NCBI GenBank assembly: GCA_035221665.1
Contig: CM069137.1
Span: 18,910,001-18,974,000, forward strand
DNA length: 64,000 nt
Direction of reading: 5' to 3'
DNA from: Okamejei kenojei
Lineage: Eukaryota
This document shows positions 51,900-63,830 of the stretch, piece after piece (the stretch's first letter is position 1; each line of letters begins with the position of its first letter). The position numbers were made by a program, and so were the translations under genes. Under the pieces are notes generated by a model. That model ran no database searches. It saw nothing but the letters and a program-made list of their open reading frames with translations, and was not told the origin of the DNA.

Positions 51900-52890
51900 T
51901 GGACACAAAGTGCTGGATCAGGCAACATGTCTGGAGAACATGGGTTTGCGATACTTTGGATTCAGAGCTGTAAAAGAAATAGAGGCAGGTCAAAGTCGGG
52001 CAAGTGACACAACTGAAGGATTTTTTCTTTTGGTTGGACTAAGGCCGGAAATGAAAAGCCAAAAAAGTGTGAAATAAGGAAATAAGGATTGAAGTGGCAT
52101 GAAATGTGAAGCCAGAGCGAGGAATATAGTTGGAGGGAAACTGGAGGCAGGGAAGAAGTGAGTGTACATCCAGGTGGTCCCTGGCGAAGTGAGGGAGGGA
52201 AAAGGAGGGGGAGCAGGATGAGAGGACATATGTAGATTAATTACCCAACATTGGAGAATTCGTTGTTTGTACCTTTGGATTGCAAGCTACCCAATCAGAA
52301 TATGAGGTTCTGTTCCTCCATAATGTGTGTGGCTTCATTCTGGCAATTGAGAGGCCCAGGATGAAAGGTCAGAATGGGAATGGAAAGCGGAGTTAAAATT
52401 GTCAGCAACTGGTAGATCCAGAATCTCGACATGAGAGTTTCCTGTCCTTCACCAGCATGTGCACCCATTTCTCACCCCCCCATTCTAACGATATTCCTTC
52501 TTCTGGCTTTCCAGTTCATATCCCTTCTATCCTTATCTCCTTATCTCACTTTTCTTTCTTTTTGTTTCTGCTCTTTGCCCGACTATCTGCCAATAACCCC
52601 CCCCTCCTTTCCCCTTCACCTGTGAAGAAGGGTCTCGACCCGAAACGTCGCCTATCTCCTTCGCTCCTTAGATGCTGCTGCACCCACTGAATTTCTCCAG
52701 CCTTTTGTGTACCACTGATCACTTACCTGCCTTTGTCCTGCCCCCACCTCTCTCCCTGCTTTTCCACCCTTCTACAATTAGTCTGAAGAAGGGTTTCAAC
52801 CTATCCATGTTCTTCATAGATGCTGCTTGATCTGCTGAGCTACTCCAGCACTTTGCACTTTTTTGTGTGTAAACCAGCATCTGCAGTTCC
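51900..52890. mobile_element. Old PLE 3' ends in inverted arrangement, with a young pLTR copy nested at ~52623-52713
   Basis: Minus arm 51900-52430 has a degenerate GIY-YIG tail (AGAATATGAGGTTCTGTTCCTCC); plus arm ends CTGAAGAAGGG...CCAGCATCTGCAGTTCC. Confidence 0.65.
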
Positions 52891-54389
52891 TTGTGTCTAA
52901 TCTCAAATGGAGCTGGCAGGCAAGCTGAAGCTCGATGCTTCCTTCTCTCTGCAGGGCCAAAGAGTGAGCTAGGGAAGCAGATTGCCAGGAAGGAAATTGT
53001 AGTCACAGAGGCTGTTGTGTGCCGGGAGCCCACAAAAGTAATCCGAGACACACCTTTCATGTGCTTCTTTTGTTCTATCGGTCTTGGAACTGCTCAACAC
53101 ATCATTCTTTTGATCCATTCTAAACTAAATTGGCAGTCGACATCTTAATAGTTCCTAGATTTGCATATTAGAAATATTGCGAAACTAGGAGATGAACCTG
53201 TTTTTAAAAAGCATCCTTGGCTCCTGGCCCAATATGAGGCAATTCCTGCAGCCAGGTGCAGGAAATGAAAAAACACACACACAGGTTTGCCCAGTCTCTC
53301 AGGGCTGGGACCATATTTGCAAAGCTGGAATGTGTAGGAACGAACTGCAGATGCTTTTTTATACCGAAGATGGACACAAAATGCTGGAGTAACTCGGTGG
53401 GACAGGCAGAATCTCTGGAATAGAAGTAATGGGCGAGGTTTCGGATTGAGACTCTTCTTCAGACTTCCGATGGAAAATGAGTCACCAATGTATCCAACCC
53501 GCTCTAAACTCATTTGGAAGCCTTGAATGGAGGTGCATTGCAAATGTTAGTTTTTTCCGCCATTATTTATATTCACACATTTCACAACATGCTGGCTCTT
53601 GTTTACACCAGAATAGGGGATCCTGAGAGATATTATGTCATCTGAGCTTTGCAAGGTTTTTCCAGGTTACTTGCACAATTATATGTATGTACACTTTGGA
53701 TGCTGTCTTTACACTGTTGATAGCTCGATTGTTATCTGCATACTGTGGGTGGCCTGATTGCAATTGTGTATTGTCTTTCTGCTGACTGGTTAGCATGCGA
53801 CTATAGCCTGTCACTTTTCTTCGGTACATGTGACAATTAACTAAACTCAAAATCAATAAAACCCAAACTCAACTCAGTGGTTGAAGAGGTGTCCTTTTAT
53901 CTTCAGAGACGCTGCCTGGCCCGTTGCGTCACTCCAACACTTTGTGTCTATCTTTGGTATAAACCAGCATCTGCAGTTCTTTGTTTCTAGTTCTGGGTAG
54001 TTTTATTGTTCTCCGAATGCAAGGAATGGAAAGTCAAAGCGGCCACCCTCAGAAATTCATATTACCTGGAGTATCGCTCACTCACTTCACTGTTGTAAGT
54101 CTCTGCAAGTGAAGTGCGAAGAAGAGAAAAGCAAAATATTGTTTGATTGGAGACAGTGTATAGAATGCTACAGTGTAAAGGGAAAGATATCCTTGTGCAG
54201 GCAACACAGAAAGGTAACATACAAGTATGGCAAGTATTTAGGAGGGCGGATGGAATGTTGATCTTTTGTGCAAAGGAGGTGGAGTTCAAAGTGAAGAAGT
54301 CTTGCTATAATTGTAGAGCAAATCCAGGCCTGTCAGGAAATCCTGGACTTACACACTGGTGCCTAAATCTAGTTCAAATAGCTAAAGCG

Positions 54390-55370
54390 AGACACAAGAC
54401 ACTGCAGGTGCTTGAATCTTGAGCCAAAGACAAACTGCTGGAGGAACGCAGTGGGTCAGGCAGCACCTGTGGAGGGAAATAGACAGGAGACCTTTGAGTC
54501 TGAACCTTTCTTCCTTCAAGATTGGAGCAGAAGGGAGATACAGTAGCTGGGAGAAATAATTTAATGGAAGGGGTGGAGCAAGTGCTGGCAAGTGATATGT
54601 GGATCCAGGTAAGGTGGGGTTAAGTGACAGGTGGGTCGGGTTGGTGAGAGGAGGGTGGAGATGGTCAGAAAATGCTTGGAGGCAATAAGTGGAGAAAATG
54701 ACTAAATATAGTGGAATCTGATGTGAAAGGAAGGTGAGGTGAAATGTGGAACCAGGGGTGGGGACGGGGTGCTGGTAGGGTTAGTAGTGGGTATTGAATA
54801 AAGGAAAAGGTGAGTGAGGAGGAAACAAAAAACTAGAGTACAGTGCCAGGGGGAATGGAAAGAAAAGTGCGAGTGAGAGAACCCGGGTAGATCACTTGAG
54901 AAGAGGGTGCTGGGGAGGTGGAGGGAGTGGGGGGGGGGGGTACCTGAAAATGGAGAATTCAATGTTCCTGAAGTTGGTTTGTTGGCTATCCAAACAGAAT
55001 ATAAAGTGTTGTTCTTCCACTTTCTTTGGCAATGGAGGAGGTTGAAGACAGAAAGGTTGATATGGGAATGGGAAGAGGAAATGAAGTGGCTGATAACAGG
55101 GTGCTCCAGCTAGCGGATTGTGCAAGTGTTTGGCAAAGTGGTCACCAAGTTTATGCTTGGTCTCCAGTCCCTGTCTTCCTTTCCACTCCTCTTTCCGCTC
55201 TTAAACCACCTTTTCCCCTCTGAGTCCTTACCCCACTCATTCTCGTCCTCACCTCTTTCTACCATTTCCTCTCTATTCCAGTCTTGAAGGCATCATGGCC
55301 TGGAATTTCATCTGTCCATTTCACTCCGCAGATTTCACCTGACCCATTGAATTCCTCTGTCTTTGCTCAA
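54390..55370 (-). mobile_element. Old PLE 3' fragment with a short inverted arm
   Basis: KKVEEQHFIFCL..NIEFS matches the PLE endonuclease C-terminus; degenerate pLTR at both ends in opposite orientation. Confidence 0.65.
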
Positions 55371-57466
55371 ATAGTTGAATCCCAACCAACCAGCCAGAAG
55401 ACTTTGCCCTCATGCCTCATTGCGAAGGTATTTAATGCATTTGTTCCAGTAAAAATCATGTAATGGTGGTTTTGTCCAAATGTTTCCAGGATCTACAATT
55501 TGGTACTATTTGTCCCTATCTGACTGCCCTATGTGTGACTGGAAATCCACATCTTATGGTTATCCCTTAACTATTTTACATTTGCTTACAATATTTACAT
55601 TATATCAACTTGCTTTCCATTTTTCATTCTCAATCACTATTAGTGATAAATACAACAGCTTTGTAGTTTTCAGTGGCAAGGAGTTGCCAATTTGTGGCCT
55701 TTCCTCATTGAGCCTTGGGAAATCTGGGATCTATAGATGGCTTGATGCGGACAGACACAAAACCTGCCATTAAGATGAGGGCCGAGTTGAGTACTTTTGG
55801 TTCCCTTTTTTTTCCAGAGGGTTAAATATCACGTTCATGTGAAAGTGATCCATGTTGGATCTGCAGATGAGATGCAAGATGGTTCAGGTTGCTGGGAGGA
55901 CAGAGGAGCAGGGTATGGGCCACACCTGCATCGCACACGGCAACACCGAGAGTCCCTCGCGTCACCCGACCAGATTATTTTCTGTAATCGAGAGAGAAAG
56001 CTCCTCCAACATGCCCAGTTTCTGTTCACCCGCTGAGTTACTCCAGCTTTTTGTGTCCATCGTTGTTGATGCTCACCTTGTCTGGGAGCTCCCCCCAAGT
56101 TCCTGATGTAGTATGCCCTAGATCCTCCACAGCCATTTTCTCAGCAACTTCAAGTGATCGGACTAGACAGTAAATGGAACAAAGGATTGATCAGATCCAC
56201 TGACAAAGAAGATTGCTTTGTTTTTGCTCTCATTAAAGTTGACAATCCTAGCCAGTCCAATTTTGTCTCAGATGTTCATTAATCTACAGACCAACAGTGA
56301 GTCAGAGCGGAAGACGGTAAACTAATTATTTTTAGTTGTCCAAAAACATGCTTTATTCATTTAATACAATCAGGACATGTCATTTCCCTTCTGTGACTGT
56401 ACCCATCAATTCCTTTACAATGTGTCAATTCCACTAATGTTTTGTATTAAACAATATATATCAATCAAATTAAGATGAGGGATTTAAGAGAGAGTTGGAT
56501 AGAGCTCTAGGGGCTAGTGGAGTCAAGGGATATGGGGAGAGGGCAGGCAAGGGTTATTGATAGCGGACGATCAGCCATGATCACAATGAATGGCGGTGCT
56601 GGCTCGAAGGGCCGAATGGCCTCCTCCTGCACCTATTTTCTATGTTTCTATGTTTCTAAATGTGTAGGAAGGAACTGCAGATGCCGGTTTAAACCGAAGA
56701 TAGACACACAAAGCTGGAGTAACTATGTGGGTCAGACAGCATCTCTGGAGAAAAGGAATACTGTAGGTGACATATCGGGTTGAGGCCCCGATATCCTGAA
56801 AAAGGGTCTCGACCCGAAACGTCACGTATTCCTTTCCTCCAGAGATGCTGTCTGACTTGCTGAGTTACTCCAACTTTTTGTGTTTATATGAATCAAATAT
56901 TTGAGAGACTGTTACCGAGGGCTCAGCCTCTCAGTATCTCCTGCCACCCCAGAGATCTGTGCAGTGGCTGCATTGAGCTTCAGTGTGAACCTCAGCAAGT
57001 ATCCTGGACATTAGAATGTGCATTCGTAAGCATTTACTTGCGGATATGTCCTTTCGCTGCAGATCAATAGGTTTCAGGCAGACCAAAGTGCGTCTTCCGC
57101 CAGGTTAATGATCATCCAGCAGTGGTTGATGTTTGACTCGGTGCGCACTCCCCGGGAAAACCCAATAGATTACAGAATTCTGCGTTACTGCTTGAGATTA
57201 ACCTGGGCAAAGATCATTTGTATTCTACAGAAAAATTAATAGCGTATATATATAATACTATCTTGGATAGGGAAATCCCAACTTCAGAAATATATCGACA
57301 AACATGGGAAAATGAAATAGGTTTATCTATAACGAAGGAAAGTTGGGAAGAAAGCCTACAACGTATACATCGTTGCTCATTAAATGCTAGACATATATTG
57401 ATACAATTTACGGTATTACATAGATTACATTATTCAAAAATGAAATTAAATAGAATTTATCCTAAC

Positions 57467-57605
57467 ATGGATAGACATGAAGGGAATGGAGGGGTATGGT
57501 CTGAGTGCAGGTAGATGGGACTAGGGGAAAACAAATGGTCGGCACGGACTGGAAGGGCCGAGAGGGCCTGTTTCCGTGCTGTAATTGTTATATGGTTATA
57601 TGGTT
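57467..57605 (+). mobile_element. CR1 family-C 3' tail nested in L1
   Basis: Matches 43986-44110 and the reverse complement of 47203-47330. Confidence 0.85.
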
Positions 57606-57818
57606 ATTTCTCCTATTTGTGATAAATGTCAGAACTTGGAAGCTAATTTAACGCATAGTTTTGTAACATGTATAAAACTTAATTATTATTGGACAGAAAT
57701 CTTTAGAGTTATCTCTGAAGTTCTTAAAATTAAACTGGACCCAGATCCAAAATTAATAATATTAGGAGTTCCGGATTCAAATCTAATATCAACAGTAAGC
57801 CAAAGAAACTTCTTGGAT

Positions 57819-58032
57819 GTTAAAGAAGGAACTGCAGATGCTGGAGAATCGAGGGTACACAAAAAGCTGGAGAAACTCAGCGGGTGCAGCAGCATCTAAG
57901 GAGCGAAGGAGATAGGCGACGTTTTGGGTCGAGACTCTTCTTCGTCTGAAGAAGGGTCTCGACCCGAAACGTCGCCTATCTCCTTCGCTCCTTAGATGCT
58001 GCTGCACCCGCTGAGTTTCTCCAGCTTTTTGT
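57819..58032 (-). mobile_element. Young fold-back pLTR element with intact hammerhead core, nested in L1
   Basis: Near-perfect ~85-bp arms; CTGAAGAAGGGTCTCGACCCGAAACGTC at 57946-57973 (+); perfect TSD GAAACTTCTTGGAT at 57805-57818 and 58033-58046. Confidence 0.92.
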
Positions 58033-59029
58033 GAAACTTCTTGGATTACTGTTTGATAATAGGGAAAAAATTAATATTGAAATTTTGGAAGGGAACATTA
58101 TCCCCCACAATTAAAATGTGGACAGTGGAAATGTTGGAGACGGTGCATTTGGAAAGAATCAGATTTGTCCTAATGGATAAATACGAACTCTTTGAACAGA
58201 TATGGTCTCCATATACAAAATATTTGAAGGGGTAGCTGTTCTTGGCATCACAACTCAATGGGTACCCGGCAGGATTCGATGAAAAGAATTCCTTTTTTTA
58301 ATTTGTATACATGTCTCTATTGATATTGTTATTTGAAATTGTGTTATTCACTATTAAGATGTATACTATAATCTATTTATTTTTAATATATGTATATATA
58401 ATACTTTGTTTTAATTAAATATATATAACAATTATTTTTTATTTTATATTTTTTTTTCCTCTTTCTTTTTTCTTTCTCTCTCTATATAATCAAAATTATT
58501 ATTTAATCATCATTCTTATTGATTAAAATCTATTATTTTATTTTTTATATTTTCTAAAAAAATAGAAGTTTATAAGAATTATTCGTAACATCCGTATACT
58601 TATTGAAATAAGTTGGTTGTGTATTTGAAAAGTTGTTATACCGTTGTTATGATGGATTACTTCTAATAAAAATATTATTTAAAAAAAAAAGATTATTTGT
58701 ATTCCTTTGCAGGTTGTCTCAGCAAACGTAAAGCTACTGAGGTGGCAAAACAACTGACTCATCTGCACTACAACAAGGTCACGGTGTGGGATTGAGTTTC
58801 TGCATGTTGGGGACGTCCCTTCTCAACACCAATCAGGCAAGTGCTTGTTTGAGATTTCCGATGTTCCTCGTCTATTTCAGGTATCACGAAGCTGAGAGTT
58901 CCTGTTGCTGTGTTTCCGCTTGTAAATCAAGTATTGCAAAGATCACTGGCACAGCATCAAAGCTGACCTCACCCAGAAAGACTGAATCTTCGACTATCTA
59001 AAGCCAGCAGTTCAGAAAAGGAGATTGCA

Positions 59030-59530
59030 CATAGAGTCATAGAGTGATACAGCATGGAAACAGGCCCGTCGGCCCAATTTGCCCACACCGGCCAACATGT
59101 CCCAGCTACACCAGCCTCATTTGTCTGTGTTTGGTCCATATCCCTCCAAGCCTGTCCTATCCATGTACCTATCTAACTGTTTCTTAAATGTTGTGATAGT
59201 CCCTGCCTCAACTACCTCCTCTGGCAGCTTATTCTATAAATCCACCACCTTTTGTGTGAAAAAGTTACCCCTCAGATTCCTATGAAATATTTTCCCCTTC
59301 ACCTTAAGCCTATGTCCTCTGGTCCTCGATTCACTTACACTGGACAAGAGACTGTGCATCTATCTACCCGATCTATTCCTCTCATAATTTTATACACATC
59401 AATAAGCTCACTCCTCATCCTCCTGCGCTCCAAGGAATAGGAGTCCCTGCCTACTCAACCTCTCCCTATCGCACAGACCCTCTAGTCCTGGCAACATCCT
59501 CGTACATCTTCTCTGTACCCTTTCCAACAT
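59030..59530 (-). mobile_element. CR1 3' fragment (family B)
   Basis: CATAGAGT tail; homology to 3715-3968; LERRRMR-type motif on minus. Confidence 0.85.
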
Positions 59531-60097
59531 ATACAGTTGAAAATTAAAAACTGTTAATTAATATTATTGATCAAAAAGAGAAAGAATTAGCATTTACATC
59601 CTGCGTTTCATGCTATACAGCATTCTAAAATTCTACAGCCAAGGATTTAATGTGTAAAGAATATTTTCATTGTTGTATTGTGGAGGAAGCACAGCAGACA
59701 AATTTGCAGACAATTAAGTCCCAAAAATAGCAATGAGATATAAATTATGCCAATAATTATCACAACTCCCTAATCAGTCAATGCTTATCCTAACGCTGGT
59801 CGATGCTGTTACTTTGAATCGCCACCAACAATGTTCCCACCACTGCTGAGTTAGTCCAGCTTTTTTGTGTCTGTCTTCATTTTAAACCAACATCTGCGGT
59901 TTCTTCCTACACATTTCCACCACTGATATCGAGCTCACCGGCCTCTAGTTCGCTATCCTTGCTGCCCTTCTTTAATTATGGTACTCAAAATAGTGCTCGG
60001 GCCCCTTTCACGCTCACTTGAGAAGAAATGTGGAAAGTTGGTTAACACCTTATTTAAAAACTTAATCTGATTGTGTGCACAAAATCATGAGAGGAAT

Positions 60098-60370
60098 AGT
60101 TTAGTTTAGTTTAGAGATGCAGCGCAGAAACAGGCCTATTGGTCCACTGAGTCTGTGCTGGCGAGCGATCCCTGTACGCTAGCACTAGGGACACTACACT
60201 CTAGGGACAATTTATAGTTTTTACCGAAGCCAATTAACCTACAAACACGTACGTCTTTGGAATGTGGGCGGAAACCGCAGCCCCCAGAGAAAATCCACGT
60301 GGTCACAGAATGTACAAATTACATATGGACCGCACCTAGGTGTCTGGTGCTGTAAGGCAGCTTCTCTGTA
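60098..60370 (-). mobile_element. tRNA-derived SINE
   Basis: (TTTAG)n tail, core domain, partial head. Confidence 0.75.
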
Positions 60371-61003
60371 AGGCACTGTAGGGTAAACACACAGAATCTC
60401 TTGGCCAGAGTAGGGGAATCGAGAACCCGAGGACATAAACTTAAAGTGAGGGTGGAAAGATTAAACGAGAACTTACCTGTTCGAAGTTTGATCTTTATTT
60501 TATGAGGAGTACGGATTACGTAAAGAAGTCCCGCCAGGCGCATGCTCGGCATACTTCAAAGCAGCGGCATGAAAAACAAAGAACCAATAGCTGAAGTAAG
60601 ATAGGAAGGCTCACACAAGACTAGAACTACCAGATGATCGTTTAGATTATGAGGGTCGGGAGTGGAGGGCACGTAATCCCTCATCGTAACTCCTCATAAA
60701 ATAAAGATCAAACTTCAAACAGGTAAGTTCTCATTTAATCTTACTATTTTACTTCGGAGTCACGTGAGTGACTACGTGAAGATTTTGAAGCTCTGTGATT
60801 TTCATGCCGTAGATTCATTCCATACGACACACTGCTTCAGTTGACACAGTAGTGAGTAAATAATAATATTGAACATTGCTTGAATTATGCAATAAGTATT
60901 TTAATAATAATAATAAAAAAGAAAAGATAAGTAATAACCCCTCTATCCCAAGGGGAGATTACAACAAAATATATGAAACCATTACATAAAAGAAAGCAAA
61001 CAA

Positions 61004-61950
61004 TCAAACAGAACCCAACACTGCGTGTCCAAACCCTGGCACCGTGAGAACAGGTTTATTGTAAAACTTAGAAAAAGGTTCTTCTTTACACCATCCTGCG
61101 GCCTCTAAAATTTGGTCGAACGGCACGTCCTGTGCCTTCGCCGGGGATGTGGATGCTGCCCTGGTGGAGTGAGATTTAAACATATCAGTGTCTACTCCAG
61201 CTAAATCCAAAACCTGTTTTAACCATCTAGAAATAGTTTGTACTGACACTTTTTTATATGTTTTTTAATGGGTAATAAGCATTGCTGTCTCACAACCGCG
61301 GAGACTCTTGGTTACTTTAAAATATCGAGTCATATGCTTAACCACACACAATGTTTGGTCGACAGGGTATACTCTAAAGATTACCTTGGTTCCAGACTTC
61401 CCTGGTCTGCTTTGTTTGATTAAATCATAAGCATAAAAAGTAATGTCATCTGCAGACAAATGCATGCAACCTAAACGTAACATTTGCAATGTTTGTACTC
61501 TTTGTGCTGACTCTAATGCCATAAGCATTACCACTTTAAATGTTAACTTCTGAAAAGACAGTGACATAATTGGAGCCCATTGCCGAAGCAATGTAAGAAC
61601 TATACTGACATCCCAAATTTCTGTATATCTGGGTTTGGGAGGATTTTTATTAAAAATCCCTCTCATAAATTGGGATATTAATGGATGAGACCCGATAGAT
61701 TGATGTTCTGAAAGACAAAGCACTACGAGCACTATTGATGGCACTATAACTGAGGTGCTGATCAAAATGCAACATAGCAAGGAACTCCAATACATCCGAT
61801 AAGTTTGCAGTATGATAAGATATTTCTGACTGAATACAAAAAGCTTCCCATTTCTTTATATGAGACATATATTGTTTCTTAGTGCTATCTCTCCAAGCTG
61901 CAGTTATGACATCCATGGTCCTATCCGACAGTCCAAGCCCTTGTAATGGT
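61004..61950 (-). pseudogene. DIRS tyrosine recombinase (frameshifted)
   Basis: AWRDSTKKQY..W, YSAINSARSALS, SAQRVQTL, KQSRPG, SHSTRAASTS, ILEAAGW..FSKFY. Confidence 0.9.
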
Positions 61951-62071
61951 CTGGTCAGAACCTGCAGATTACCAAATTAATATGATCATGCAATGGATGA
62001 ACTCTTCTGTCATTGGTTGTACCAACAAATCACTGGAGCTGGGAATCGTCATAAATGGTTCAATTATCATT

Positions 62072-63830
62072 CTAAGCATCAATGGGAACCGGCCAGTTTG
62101 GAACCACCAAAACGCCCATGCCAGAGTCTTGCTCTATTTTGGTGAGACATTGCCTAATCAGGCAGAATGGGGGAAAAGCATAGAAGAACATATTTCCCCA
62201 ATGTAGCGAGAATGCATCCAATGCTACTGCTCCTGGGTCAGGCTCCCATGAGATGTATTTAGGCAACTGGTGATTTAATCTGGACGCAAACAGATCAATG
62301 TCTGGTAACCCATACCGACTGCCAATCTTTTTGAAAATTTGTGGATTTAACATCCATTCTATGTTGTCTTTGAACCTCTGTGATCTGTTGTCTGCCACAA
62401 CATTGTCTTTCCCTGGGAGATAGATAGCTGAAAGCCAGATATTCCTAGATACACACCAATGCCACATCAGGTTGACCAGATAATCACATGATACTGATCT
62501 TACTCCACCCATGTGATTGATATATGCTACAGCTGTGGTATTGTCTACTTGTAATTGATCATGCAAGTCCTTCATTGTAGGACAATAAGATTTCAATCCA
62601 AAAAAATGCCCCCAATAACTCCAAATAATTGATACCATATGTTTGGAGAATTAAATCCTCTTGGACAGTCCATCTACCACCACAGCTGGTGTCATTGTCC
62701 ATAGCCCCCCCATCCGAGAGCACTCACATCAGTTTGTAATACCACTGAAGGTTGCTGAACAAAAATGTTTTTAGCAGCCTGTGCAACGTTCCCAATCCAC
62801 CATTGTAATTCAGCTAAAGCTTCTGTTGGCAACTGCATGGGTCTATCAAAATGACCTGCACATTTGTTTAGTGCTTGTGCTCTTGCCCTTTGAAGATTTT
62901 GATAATGCAGAGGACCAAACTCAACAGCGGGGAATGCTGCTACTATCTTACCAATAACCCTAGCTACTTCTCGGATGGAGGGATAAGGTAAGTCAGCAAG
63001 GCAACTACATGCATTTGTAATATCCACAACTTTATCTGTTGGCAAAGTTACTGACATAGCAACTGAATTAATGACAAACCCCAAATAATCAATTGTTTGG
63101 GATGGCTGTTGCTTAGATTTTGTTGGATGGATCAGAAACCCTAGCCTTTCAAACAGGCTTATAGTTGCTGAAACTGATTCTTCATCTGATTCCTGAGTGG
63201 CGTTAACAATTAAAATATCATCAAGATAAGCCATGACAATGTGATTTTGAGCCCTTAATAATGCAAGTGCTGGTTTCAATAATTTTGTGAACAACCTGGG
63301 AGCTGAACTTAACCCATTAGGTAATGCTTTATATTGCCACAGCTGACCCATCCAATTAAACTTCAATTACCTGCGATAATGGTGATGAATTGGCACTGAA
63401 TAATACGCATCTTTTAAATCTATAGTAGCCATGTAACAGCCTATGGACAACAACTGCTTTGCAGTGTTGAAGGTGTCCATTTTGAAATGTCTATACTGGA
63501 CATGAATTCAATTTTGTGAGGTCCAGAATGAGTCTACAACCCCCATCTTTATTTGGCCTGGGGAAAATATTTGACACAAATTGTTGCGGATGATTCCCCG
63601 TACTTTCAATTACTCCTTTTTCAAATACATTTTTTTACTTCTTCTTTTACCTGAGAATTTTCAGGTGCAGAAAACACCAATACCCGATTAGGTTTATTCT
63701 GTACAGGTGGATCAACTCCTTCCATAAATTCTATTATAGCACCTGACACAGTATCTAATATAAACCGATCAGATGTTATACAGCACCATTTATCATAAAA
63801 CAATTGTAATCTACCACCAACCGGAGGTTC
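62072..63830 (-). pseudogene. DIRS pol: RT, RNase H and methyltransferase-like domain (disrupted)
   Basis: DLKDAYYSV, LPNGLSSAPRLFTK, AYLDDIL, DNTTAVAYINHMGG, LPGKDNVVAD, DLFAS..YAFPPF. Confidence 0.92.

Larger units (their letters stand above)
57218..58690 (+). mobile_element. 5'-truncated L1-clade LINE (ORF2 C-terminal Cys-rich region, AT-rich 3' UTR, poly-A) with two nested inserts
   Basis: Removing the inserts gives ..IQFTVLHRLHYSK..IYPN/ISPICDKC..LTHSFVTC..RNFLD/YCLIIGKKLILKFWK..IWSPY*; AATAAA near 58665; A10 at 58681-58690. Confidence 0.9.

Noticed and set aside
55835-55982. Possible minus-strand exon after acceptor-like TTTCTCTCTCGATTACAG
   Set aside because: No recognisable protein and no partner exons; a lncRNA exon cannot be excluded.
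58712-58776. Possible plus-strand exon (TTCCTTTGCAG acceptor; CLSKRKATEVAKQLTHLHYNK)
   Set aside because: Weak donor, no homology recognised, no supporting exons.
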